This document shows positions 20,640 through 32,482 of a stretch of DNA of 39,115 nucleotides, in pieces. The notes beneath the pieces are model-generated. The model saw only the letters and a list, made by a program, of their open reading frames with translations. It did no database searches and was not told the origin of the DNA. Numbering within the stretch: position 1 is the first letter of the stretch; each line of letters opens with the position of its first letter. The stretch comes from Octopus bimaculoides (taxonomy: Eukaryota). The stretch covers positions 61,999,179 to 62,038,293 of the forward strand of contig NC_068985.1 of the NCBI RefSeq assembly GCF_001194135.2, in the 5' to 3' direction. A program made the translations under genes and the position numbers.

Positions 20640-23255
20640 GTTCAGTAGTTTTATTTTTATAACGTGCTTTCACTTCACTACCGAGCGCAGCTCTGTGTGC
20701 CTTGGCTATGTGCAGTGGTTTGCTGTGATGCTCTTATGGTTACTGTATTGAAAGTGTTTTGCCTAGGATGTGTGCAGTGCCCAGTAGTGCAATTTTCTGT
20801 ATGTTATATATATTTGTAAGTCCTGGTGTTTTTGTTATGTATTTGTCTGAATATTTTTTATTATACTTGAGGCACCTACTATGATAGGAATTGTTTCTGT
20901 TTTTAGATTCCACATTCGAGTTACCTCTANNNNNNNNNNNNNNNNNNNNNNNNNNNNNNNNNNNNNNNNNNNNNNNNNNNNNNNNNNNNNNNNNNNNNNN
21001 NNNNNNNNNNNNNNNNNNNNNNNNNNNNNNNNNNNNNNNNNNNNNNNNNNNNNNNNNNNNNNNNNNNNNNNNNNNNNNNNNNNNNNNNNNNNNNNNNNNN
21101 NNNNNNNNNNNNNNNNNNNNNNNNNNNNNNNNNNNNNNNNNNNNNNNNNNNNNNNNNNNNNNNNNNNNNNNNNNNNNNNNNNNNNNNNNNNNNNNNNNNN
21201 NNNNNNNNNNNNNNNNNNNNNNNNNNNNNNNNNNNNNNNNNNNNNNNNNNNNNNNNNNNNNNNNNNNNNNNNNNNNNNNNNNNNNNNNNNNNNNNNNNNN
21301 NNNNNNNNNNNNNNNNNNNNNNNNNNNNNNNNNNNNNNNNNNNNNNNNNNNNNNNNNNNNNNNNNNNNNNNNNNNNNNNNNNNNNNNNNNNNNNNNNNNN
21401 NNNNNNNNNNNNNNNNNNNNNNNNNNNNNNNNNNNNNNNNNNNNNNNNNNNNNNNNNNNNNNNNNNNNNNNNNNNNNNNNNNNNNNNNNNNNNNNNNNNN
21501 NNNNNNNNNNNNNNNNNNNNNNNNNNNNNNNNNNNNNNNNNNNNNNNNNNNNNNNNNNNNNNTTCTTCTTCTTCTTCTTCGTATTTGTTAGGTAGTATGA
21601 TTTCTTGTTTGTATTTGTCAGCTTCCTTAAATACTGAAAACAGTTTTTTGTTTTGCTCGTGTTTTGTGGCTATTTGTATTAGTTTTCCTTGCTTCTGGAG
21701 TAGGTATTTTTGCAGTCCTATGGTGGTTATTTTATAATAGTTTTCCAGCTGTATAAGACCCCTGCCACCTTCTGTACGTTGTATATATTGCCTTTCTATG
21801 TCAGATTTTGGGGGTGCATCCTATATCCTGTCATTATTTCTCTTGTTTTCCTGTCTATTTTAGATAGTTCGTTTAGTGTCCAGTTAAGGATATTGTAGCT
21901 GTAACTTATAACTGGGACAGCTAAAGTGTTAATATTTATTATCTTTTTTTTAGCATTGAGCTCTGTTTTTAGTATTGATCTAACTCGTCTATAGTACTCT
22001 TTCTTTATTTTTTCTTTCATTTGTGTGTGTTGTATCCTATCTAGTTCATTGACTCCTAAATATTTGTATGGCTTTCGTCAAGTTCTCTTATTTCATTGGC
22101 CTTACCTAGTGTGATGTTGCTACTTTTAACTAATTTTCCTCTTTTGAGGGTTGCTTTGGCACATTTTTCTAATCCGAATTTCATATCTATTTCCTTGGTA
22201 AAGCCATGTACTGTCTGTAGTAGTGTTTCCAGCTCTTTGTCATTTTTAGCGTATAATTTTAGGTTATCCATATATAAAAGGTAGCTGACTGTTTTTCCCT
22301 AACATTTGTATCCGCATCCAGTTCTATTTAGCAATTCAGTTAAAGGTGTGAGTGCCAGGCAAAACAGGAGTGGAGAGAGCGTGTCTCCCTGCAATATTCC
22401 TCTTTCGTTTTCACAAGTCCCTCTTTTGTCTGGAGCTGTAGCACTGTCTGCTATTTGTTCATTGAGTGCCTTATGTATTTTATAATAATTGGTGCCACCT
22501 TGTTTATGGCTAGTGTTTCCAGAATCCACGTGTGGGGAACACTGTCGAAAGCCTTTTGGTAGTCCACCTAGGCCATACTGAGGCCTTTCTTCTCTCTGCG
22601 GCTGTCTTCAGTTATGGCTTTATTGATCAATAATTGATCTTTACAGCCGTATGAGCCCTTGCAGCATGCCTTCTGCTCTTCTGGAAACAGGTTGTTATTT
22701 TCCAGGTGCNNNNNNNNNNNNNNNNNNNNNNNNNNNNNNNNNNNNNNNNNNNNNNNNNNNNNNNNNNNNNNNNNNNNNNNNNNNNNNNNNNNNNNNNNNN
22801 NNNNNNNNNNNNNNNNNNNNNNNNNNNNNNNNNNNNNNNNNNNNNNNNNNNNNNNNNNNNNNNNNNNNNNNNNNNNNNNNNNNNNNNNNNNNNNNNNNNN
22901 NNNNNNNNNNNNNNNNNNNNNNNNNNNGAAGTTGGGGATCTTGTCGTGCCCAGGTGCCTTCCAGTTGCTTAGTCTTTGCAGTGTCTGGGTGACCTCTTCA
23001 GTTGTTATAGGGGTCCAGAGTTGCTCAGGTGCTAAGTTCGTTGTTTTAATGGTCCTTTTCTGGGGTTGTTGCTTCACCGACCATATTGGTTTCCAGAATT
23101 CTTCCAGTTCTTCTGCTGTTGGTGCTGCAGTAATGTCTATTTTACTTTTACCCAGTTCTTGGTAGAGTTTTTTGGAGTTGGATTTGAACTGTTTGTTTTG
23201 TTCAAAGAAACGTTGGCGTTTCTCATACCGGTGGATCCTTTGTGCTTTGGCAAAG
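20640..23255 (-). mobile_element. R4/Dong-clade RLE non-LTR retrotransposon, copy A (5'-truncated, spans two gaps)
   Basis: AKAQRIHRYE, WKAPGHDKIPNF, EEQKACCKGSYGCKDQLLINK, GILQGDTLSP, YMDNLKLYA, KEYYRRVRSILKTELN, and an RLE C-terminus EVTRMWNLKTETIPIIVGA...IQKIALLGTAHIL, then a 3' UTR and (AAT)n. Confidence 0.8.
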
Positions 23256-23989
23256 ATATCTTGCTGTGCAGGGGCTTTTCTTACAATCGTTGTATCATGA
23301 TCCGTTGCTGTTCCAGTTTTAGTTTGGATTTCAGTTCTTTTGCAGCTTAGGTACTATGTCTTATTTTTGTATTTGTCAGCGTCCTTAAAGAGTGAAAACA
23401 TTTTTTTTTGTTTTGTTCGTGTTTTGTGGCTATTTGTATTAGTTTTCCTTGCATCTAAAGTAGATATTTCTGTAGTCATATGGTGGTTATTTTGTAATAG
23501 CTTTCTAGCCGTATAAAGCCTCTACCACATTCGATACGTTGTGTATATAACCTTTCTATGTTAGATTTTGGGTGGTGCATCCTCAATGCTGTCATTATTT
23601 TTTTTATTTACCTGTCTCTTTTGATTCGTTCATTTTGAGTCCAGTTAAGAATATTGCAGCTGTAACTTATAACTGGGTCGGCTAGAGTGTTGATACCTAT
23701 TATCTTATTTTTTGCATTGAGCTCTGTTTTCAGTATTCATCTCACTTGTCTATAGGATTCCTTTTTATCTTCTCTTCCGTTTGTGTGAGTTGTATCGTAT
23801 CTAGTTCAGTTATTCCTTAGTATTTGTATGTCTGGCTTTGGTCTAATTCTCTTATTTCATTTGCTTTATCTAATACGATGTTGTTACTCTTAACTAGTTT
23901 TCCTCTTTTCAAGTTTGCTTTGGCACATCTTTCTATGCCAACTTACATGTTTATTTTTTAGTAAATCCATGTACTGTCTGTAGTAATGC

Positions 23990-23990
<1 letters not shown>
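23255..23990 (-). mobile_element. R4/Dong-type copy B, truncated at both ends and fused to copy A
   Basis: Paralogous to 21590-22240 (about 80% by eye), covering RT domain 7, thumb and AAKELKSKLK...EKPLH. Its 5' end abuts (TAA)n. Confidence 0.75.
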
Positions 23991-24033
<43 letters not shown>

Positions 24034-24090
24034 NNNNNNNNNNATTATTATTATTATTATTATTATTATTTTGTTGTTGTTGTTGTTGTT
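23991..24090. repeat. (TTA)n/(TTG)n microsatellite between R4/Dong copies B and C
   Basis: Direct reading. Confidence 0.9.
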
Positions 24091-27000
24091 TTTCTTCTTT
24101 CTTCAAATTTTCTTCCTTTTCTCACCGAGTCTTTTCCGTACACCTAGGGCAAAGAATTTCATTGTATGCTTTCCCAGTTTACACAGGCAAACTCACAGGT
24201 AAAATATGTATGTAAAAACTTAATAAATTAATAAATTCATGAATGGATGTTGTTTTCACAGCGATAATGCTCTTCTCAGTACCTGAGTCGTTCCAGTTAA
24301 CACGATTTTAAAAACTTCCTGTAGGGATGGTAAGCCTGGTATCATGTTCAAATGGGTTTCAGTACCCGTTTTTATTTATCATTCCTAGAGATCCTACAAT
24401 CACTGGTACGGTAGTCGCTTGAAATGCCACATTTTTGCAATTTCTATTGGCAAGTCTTTATATTTACTGATCTTGTCAAATTCTTTCACCGCTATATTGT
24501 GATCGCAAGGAATACTCATGTCAATTAATAATCACATCTTTTTTGTCTGATCTTTTATAATAATATCCGGTTTACTAGCTTTTATAGTTTTGTCAGTATG
24601 TACGGGGAAGTCCCAGAGAATCGATACATTTTCTCCATTAGTCACAGCTTCAGGATGGTGTTTATACCATTTGTCAGCAGTTTTGGTTTTATAATGCCGA
24701 CATATTGCCCAGTGGCTGACTCTGTCATGTCTTGCTTTATATACTATAGGTGCTAAGACTCTACATCCTGAGATTAGGTGGCCTATAGTTTCAATCGCAT
24801 CGTTACAGAATCGGCATTGTGGGTCAGCTCCATTTTTTATCACATTGGCTTGGTAGTTCCGGGTTAATAAGCTTTGGTCTTGAGCAGCCAATATGAAACC
24901 TTCACTCTCTGCTTTTAGCCCTGAACTTCGTAACCATTGATGCGTGTATTTCTGGTCGGCATCAGCTTGTTTGCTACGGGCCACATACTTGCCATGCAGA
25001 GGTTACTGTTCCCATCTGCTAGCTAATTTTTCATGGGCTTTTGTCTTTGCAATTAATTTTGTTTTCTTTGCAGCAGCGGTTGGCGCATTTCCTTCAACCT
25101 GATCAATCTAGTAGGTATCTAAGGGAACAATAAACGAATTTTTTGCTCTCTTTCTGAATAGAGTGAAGTTTTTTTCGGTCTTTTATGTTTTTCAACAAGT
25201 TTTAGCATCCAATCGTTCGTTGTTTCAAGGTATTTGGCCAGTCAGACTGTGGTAGTTTTATACGTAAGTTCNNNNNNNNNNNNNNNNNNNNNNNNNNNNN
25301 NNNNNNNNNNNNNNNNNNNNNNNNNNNNNNNNNNNNNNNNNNNNNNNNNNNNNNNNNNNNNNNNNNNNNNNNNNNNNNNNNNNNNNNNNNNNNNNNNNNN
25401 NNNNNNNNNNNNNNNNNNNNNNNNNNNNNNNNNNNNNNNNNNNNNNNNNNNNNNNNNNNNNNNNNNNNNNNNNNNNNNNNNNNNNNNNNNNNNNNNNNNN
25501 NNNNNNNNNNNNNNNNNNNNNNNNNNNNNNNNNNNNNNNNNNNNNNNNNNNNNNNNNNNNNNNNNNNNNNNNNNNNNNNNNNNNNNNNNNNNNNNNNNNN
25601 NNNNNNNNNNNNNNNNNNNNNNNNNNNNNNNNNNNNNNNNNNNNNNNNNNNNNNNNNNNNNNNNNNNNNNNNNNNNNNNNNNNNNNNNNNNNNNNNNNNN
25701 NNNNNNNNNNNNNNNNNNNNNNNNNNNNNNNNNNNNNNNNNNNNNNNNNNNNNNNNNNNNNNNNNNNNNNNNNNNNNNNNNNNNNNNNNNNNNNNNNNNN
25801 NNNNNNNNNNNNNNNNNNNNNNNNNNNNNNNNNNNNNNNNNNNNNNNNNNNNNNNNNNNNNNNNNNNNNNNNNNNNNNNNNNNNNNNNNNNNNNNNNNNN
25901 NNNNNNNNNNNNNNNNNNNNNNNNNNNNNNNNNNNNNNNNNNNNNNNAGTCCTTCAAGCTCTTCATCATCTTTGCCATATAGTTTTAAATCACCCATATA
26001 AAATAGATGGCTTATTTTCCTATTGTCAATTTTGTAGCCATCCCTTGTTCAATTCAGTTTACTTGGGAGTGGTTTTAGTGATATGCAGAAAATTAGTGGT
26101 GAAAGTGAGTCACCTTGGAAAATGCCACAGTTTATGCTAATATTGTTTGAGCGCAATACTTCATTAGAATGATATAACTGGAGCTTCGTGTTCCATAGTG
26201 ACGTATTATACTTTAAAAATTCTGAAATCACAGGAGAAATTTTGAAAATGTCCAGCGATTTCAGATTCCACAAATATGGTATGATGTCGAAGGCTTTTTT
26301 ATAATCAATCCATGAAGAGCTGAGATTTCTGCGCTTGTTATGGCCGTTCTCAAGGATCATGCGATTAATTAGGAGCTGATCTTTGCATCCGAATGAGCCT
26401 CGTCAGCATCCTTTTTGTTCAGTAGGAAAGAGGTTATTCACTTCTATAAACGTATATGTTTTCTCCACTAGAATAGATGTCAAAATCTTATAGGTAGTAG
26501 ACAAACATGTTATAGGCCGGTAGTTTTTGAGGTCTTTGGTTTCGTTCTTTTTGGGGAAGAGGTAAGTAATACCATTTGCCATCCAATGTGGAGTGTTTTC
26601 CGGGTCTTTCATAATACTATTAAATAGTATTACTAACATTTTGTGTGCGGACGAGAGTGATGAGATCCAGAAATTTGGTACTCTATTAATACCAGGGGAT
26701 TTCCACTTATGAGCCTTCGTTAGTGCCCTGCTTAGGTCGTTGATTGAGATGTCTTCCCATACCTTTTCTTGTAGATTTTTGTAGGCATCTTGGGTACGTT
26801 TGATCCAGTCTGCATTTTCAATGTATGGTTTCTCATCACTCCAGATCCCTTTCCAAAAGTTTTCAACTTCTTCCATTAGGGGTGGATTTTCAATGGTTAT
26901 TTTTCTTTCCGTATTTTCCTGTAAAATGATTTGGCATTGGATTTGAACATCTTATTTTGCTTGTAGAATCTGCGTATTCTCTGAGCTTTTACTTAAACTT

Positions 27001-28100
27001 TTTATTTAAGTGTTTCATTCGGTGACATTAGTTCTTGTTGAGAGTTCATATTTTCTCACAATCTTCCTGCCTTTTCTTGATCTTACACCATTTCCAGCGA
27101 TTAGTTCGGTTAATATTGATATCTCCCTTCGAAATGATTCAATTTCAGTTTCAATTCTACTCCTTCAATTTGATTTTCTTTTCGAATTTGGTATTGGTGG
27201 CGTTTTAGGTGTTAAACAGCATCTTTCTATTATCTTAGCAACAGAGTAAATAATTTCCTTTAACTTATTATGATCGGGTTTTAGTTGTTGAATGATTCCT
27301 TGTGGAACGCAGTTGCCAATTTTTATTTGTGTTTTATGTTGGTGTGCATTTGAGAGTTTATGGAGTGGTTCCCTAGCATTCATATTTGTATGCCTAACAA
27401 CTGCAAGCTCATTCAGAACTTCCTGCTTCCTTTCAATGATAGATTTTCTGTGTTTTTCAGCAAATATGTGGTCTTCAAATTTTGTTTCGACATCATTTTC
27501 CTGGCTGCTTTTTCTCGGATCAGAATATTTTCCTTTTTCCTCAGGCTCTTGAGTGGTTTCGGCAGATGGTCGCCTTTCAGTCAATGCTTGTGGTCCAACA
27601 TCCTCTCCTCCGCTTCGTTATTTCTTTCCTGACTTTTCTACCACTTTTTTTTTAATAGAGGTTAATTCGGCATCTGTGAGCCTGATATTTCTAAAGATAT
27701 CTCTTCTAACATTTGCTAATCTGTTTTCATCCAGGTTTGGTCTGCTAGCTCGATTCGGCTCCTCCAAATTCTGTAGGAGTTTTTGGTGTGTTTTTCTTGG
27801 GTTGACCTACGTAATGCAAAGTAATAAGCGTATATTACTTCTTTATATCCTTCCCGATTCCATTTAGTTCTTTTACATTTTTGATTTTGTGGTCGTTGTG
27901 GTGGTGAACTTTGGGGGCTTAATTTGGGATAAATCCCGTTTAAGTGACCTTCCAGGTTCGTATTCGGGGAAGATATTTTGCCATTTGAAAATTTTTCGCC
28001 GACAGGCTGACAGCCTCCTGACAGGCGTGCTTCCAGAACATTCAACAAGCGATTCGGTGTACTATTTGAAATTTTCTTTTCTTTTTAAGTAAAGTTAAAT
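24070..28100 (-). mobile_element. R4/Dong-clade RLE retrotransposon, copy C, near full length and decayed
   Basis: N-terminal KRTKWNREGYKEVIYAYY; RT motifs KWKSPGINRVPNFW, KNYRPITCL, WIDYKKAFD, GIFQGDSLSP, Y.GDLKLY; CCHC knuckle CRFCNDAIETIGHLISGC; RHD; RLE ILWDFPVHTD...KPDIII; 3' UTR; (AAT)n tail. Confidence 0.85.
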
Positions 28101-28194
28101 TATTATTGAATGTTCATTTTTTAAATATTTTTATGTATTTATTTATTTATCTCATTTTTTCTTTTAACCATTAATTTTCATACAGGGACTGCAT

Positions 28195-28528
28195 TTATCA
28201 TCATTACCAGCTGCACCAGTAGTTGTTGTAGCAGCAGCAATATCACTATCAGCAGCAGCAGCGGCAGTGGTAATAATAGTAGAAGTGGCAGCAGCAACAG
28301 CAGCAGTACCAGCGGTAACAGAAGCAGCAGCAGCAGTATCAATAGTAGTAGTAGCAACACTAGTAGTAGTAGTAGCAGCAGTAGTAGTAGTGGCAGCAGC
28401 GGTGGTAGCAGCAGCAGTAGTAGCAGCAACAGCATCAGTGGTAGTAATAGTAGTAGTAGTGACAGCAACAGAGTGGTAGCAGCAGTGGTAGCAGCAGCGG
28501 TAGTAGCAGGAACAGCAGCAGCAGCATC

Positions 28529-28564
<36 letters not shown>
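28195..28564. repeat. Long compound (GCA/GTA/GTG) trinucleotide repeat
   Basis: Direct reading; ends in pure (GTA)n. Confidence 0.9.
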
Positions 28565-28565
<1 letters not shown>

Positions 28566-30035
28566 AGTGTGGCTTTCAGTCCTGAACTTTTCAACCACTG
28601 ATGTGTTGTTGCTTCTTCTACATCAGCATTTCGACTTCCAAGTATATACTGTCCATGTAGAGGCTTCTGGCTCCACCGCTCCTCAGTTTATTTCTGCCCG
28701 TTCTTTTTTGCAGTCTTCTTGATCCATTTTGCTTATTTTATGGCAGTAGTTTCAAGTTTTTCAAATATTTCAGGATTAATGCCAAGTTCCCCTGTGGATT
28801 TGCAAGCTTCCTTGACAATAAAATGTGATTTTTTGCTACTTTCGTGTTTGCCCACAAGTCGCAGAGCCCAGTCTTCTGTACTGGATAAGTACCTATTCAT
28901 TGCTGTTGTGGAGGTCTTATCGAACAGTTCTACTTGCATCATTCCTCTTTCCCCATTACTTCTAAGTAGGTACAGACGATCAACATCTGCTTTTGAGTGG
29001 TGCATCTACTTAGAAGTTAGTAGTTTTCTTGTCTTTCTCTCCAGGCGTTGGAGCTCTGTAAGATTCCAGTTAATGATGTTGAAACTATATTGGACTACTG
29101 GAAGTGCCGATGTGTTAATGGCTTCGATACAATTTTTAGAGTTTAGTTTTTAGTATGAGTCTCATTCTCCTGCAATATTCCTTTCTTAGTTTTTTCCTTC
29201 ATGGTAGCAGGTTGTATACCATATCTCTCTCATTTATCCTCATGTATTTGTAATTTTCCTGTGGATCAAGCTCCTTGATGGTAGTGTCGGTGTATAATTT
29301 AATGGAAGCTGTTTTCCTGAGCTTGCCTCTTAGAAAAGTTGCCTTAGCACACTTACCAAGGCCAAAGTCTATCCCGATGTCATTACTGAATTCTTTAACA
29401 GTTGTTAGCAGCCCTGCTAGCTCTTCGTCGTTTGCAGCAAACAGCTTCATATCGTTCATATAAAACAGATAGTCTATTGTCGTATTATAAACTTTGAACC
29501 CATACTTGTTGTTATGTAGTTCGTTTGAGAGTAGGATCAAGTAATGGGGCGAGGGAGTGACCTTGAAAGATGCCTCGTTTGATGTTAATGTTAATTTGGC
29601 CCATCCCATTACTATGGTTTAGAAGGAAACGTGTTTTCTAATTGGCCGTGCTACCATGTTGGAATTTGGCAATGACAGGAGAGATCTTATATATTTCAAG
29701 GGCATGTAGTAACCAGTTATGTGGGACACTATCAAACGCTTTCCTGTAGTCTGTCCATGTCATAATCAGGTTTTTCTTTTTGCTCTGGCAATTCCCTACA
29801 ATCATTTTACTTATGAGTAATTGATCTTTGCACCCGTAAGATTTCCTTTTACAGCCTTTTTGAGCTTGTGGAAGGATAGATCTCTGTTCAAGGAGAGCGT
29901 ATATTCTGTCAGTTAATATGGATGTGAGGATCATGTAAGTGATATTGCAACATGTTACTGGTCGGTAGTTCTTCGGATTTTTTGTCTTCAGTTTTTGGTA
30001 GAAGGTATGTTGTTCCTTCGGTCAGCCAGGCAGTC
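28565..30035 (-). mobile_element. R4/Dong-type copy D, truncated at both ends
   Basis: WLTEGTTYLLPK..KNYRPVTC, QKGCKRKSYGCKDQLL, DYRKAFDSVPH, RGIFQGHSLAP, FYMNDMKLFA, MHHSKADVDRLYL.R..G.RG, KPLHGQY...HQWLKSSGLKA. Confidence 0.8.
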
Positions 30036-30149
30036 TGTACATTTAAATGTACATATATGTATTTATGTTTATTTATGTTTATCTATGTATATGTTAAAGT
30101 ATGCATATATATGTGGGTTTTTACGGTTTTTATATTTTTATACTTTTTA

Positions 30150-30457
30150 TATTTTTAACTTAAACTTATGAACTTTATAAAATCTCTGAAGAGGCCTAGA
30201 GAATAGAGCCTAAATCTATTTAATCTATTTCAACTATTAATTATTTCAGTTTACTGGAGTGATAAAGATAGAATGAGGCATGTCACAACTAGACTGAAAC
30301 AGCTGTAAGACATTATCCCATTTTCTGTCACTATGTGTCATTTTTTAATTACTGATATGACATAATATGTCACATGTGTTTGTATATTGTTATTATTGTC
30401 ACAATACAATGTCTGCAAGTTGGTGAATACTACCTATTCCCCTCCATTTTCTTATTG
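30150..30457 (+). mobile_element. Non-autonomous hammerhead-carrying element, copy 2
   Basis: Homologous to 5440-5780. Ends TCCCCTCCATTTTCTTATTG (30438-30457) then (TA)n. Confidence 0.65.
30177..30316 (+). ncRNA. Type I hammerhead ribozyme-like motif with an intact catalytic core
   Basis: ATAAAATCT-CTGAAGA(30186-30192)-GGCCTAG...CTAGACT-GAAAC(30296-30300)-AGCT-GTA-AGACATTAT. Predicted cleavage is after 30307. Confidence 0.6.
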
Positions 30458-31009
30458 TTATATATATATATATATANNNNNNNNNNNNNNNNNNNNNNNN
30501 NNNNNNNNNNNNNNNNNNNNNNNNNNNNNNNNNNNNNNNNNNNNNNNNNNNNNNNNNNNNNNNNNNNNNNNNNNNNNNNNNNNNNNNNNNNNNNNNNNNN
30601 NNNNNNNNNNNNNNNNNNNNNNNNNNNNNNNNNNNNNNNNNNNNNNNNNNNNNNNNNNNNNNNNNNNNNNNNNNNNNNNNNNNNNNNNNNNNNNNNNNNN
30701 NNNNNNNNNNNNNNNNNNNNNNNNNNNNNNNNNNNNNNNNNNNNNNNNNNNNNNNATACACGACCCGGCCTTGCCTTTTCCTGTCCTTTTTTGTATCGTC
30801 TAACTGTCCGGATGTTTTGTTGTCGCCTGTTCCATTTTTTTGTTTTGTTTATATGGAAAACATGGCGATATTTACTAGACATTTTGACATTTACTAACTT
30901 AACCGAGTGTACCAGCAATTATTGGTTTAAATGTAGATGTATACCAATAATCATTTATACCAAGTTTCGAATGCATCTGTCCAAAGATAGTTTCTTTCTT
31001 GCTTATTTT

Positions 31010-31290
31010 CGAAGATATGTTATGTGTGTCCTGGGTCGAAATTCTGAAGGGCATGTTCCACTAATATTCCTTGTGCTGATACGTAATTATATACTTAATA
31101 ATAGACGTGTTGCTTGTATTTATCCTAGAAGAGTCTTTCGTGAATATGGCTTTGTATATTGTTTTAGCAACATCATATCTCATTGGGAAGTACTACTTTG
31201 ATGACATTTTTGGACAGCTGCTGATTACATGTTATGTACTCTACAGAAGAATGACATAAGCGACATTTGCGGTTGCATCTTGAGATTTTA
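31010..31290 (-). mobile_element. Fragment of a divergent RLE-type non-LTR retrotransposon (zinc-knuckle region)
   Basis: CRLCHSSVEYI(T, frameshift)HVISSCPKMSSK*YFPMRYDVAKTIY...EY*WN, i.e. a CX2CX8HX4C knuckle followed by an RHD-like motif. Confidence 0.65.
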
Positions 31291-32436
31291 AAGGCTTCAT
31301 TAACCTTTTTTGTTCTTTAGATATTTTGTAGCTATATATGTANNNNNNNNNNTGGTGACGACGTAATTATTATGTATGTCGTTACCATTCTTGTTATCAG
31401 GAAAACCAATGTAAAACCCACCCAGGTTTGTCAGTCTAAACACCCAAACAGCAGTATGTCTATGAAATGATACTGAGTTGATTGATATTCAGGGTGTGAG
31501 GTTTGAAAACAGAAACAATCTCCTGTGACAGAGAGAAACAGACGAGGACAGAGAGAAGGAAGATCCTGGGACTGACGCAACATAAAAACTTTCAACACAT
31601 TACATAAAATACTATCAATGCAATAAAAAAAGGCATTGAAAACTTCCATAAATGTAAAACTAGGTAAAAATGACGTCGACAGCAAGGATAAAGAAGACTA
31701 CTACTACTACTACTTTTTATTAGCCACCTTACATCAAGAAACAGAACGTGGTAAAAGCAAAGATATAAGCAAAGGCGGTGAAGGTTGCTGTGATTTTCTC
31801 AATAAAAGCCAAACACGTCGATGGTATAAGTAAATAAATAAATAAACAAACAAACAAATAATAAAATAACCCGCAACGGAAAAAGAAAAATGAAACGAGA
31901 AACAGAAAATAGCCACGCTTAAATGATTCTAATTATAATTTCTTTTGACAAGAAACATCATCTCAGATTTTATAAGAGAGCAAAATTGAGATTCTGTTAT
32001 ATATTCCTAACAGCATTTCGAAGAGTGTTAAAGGCGTGAAGTGGACGCAAACAGCGCCAACGCATAGCAACAGCAACAACAGCAATAATAACCGGAACGA
32101 ATTGAAAAGAAATCATTCTAGCTCGGTGTGTGGAATTGTTTTTTCATGTTTATGTCACGTTTATCCAGTAAAAAAGTAGGTTAGTAAGATTCCACTTCGC
32201 GCGCGCGCGCANNNNNNNNNNNNNNNNNNNNNNNNNNNNNNNNNNNNNNNNNNNNNNNNNNNNNNNNNNNNNNNNNNNNNNNNNNNNNNNNNNNNNNNNN
32301 NNNNNNNNNNNNNNNNNNNNNNNNNNNNNNNNNNNNNNNNNNNNNNNNNNNNNNNNNNNNNNNNNNNNNNNNNNNNNNNNNNNNNNNNNNNNNNNNNNNN
32401 NNNNNNNNNNNNNNNNNNNNNNNNNNNNNNNNNNNN

Positions 32437-32482
<46 letters not shown>

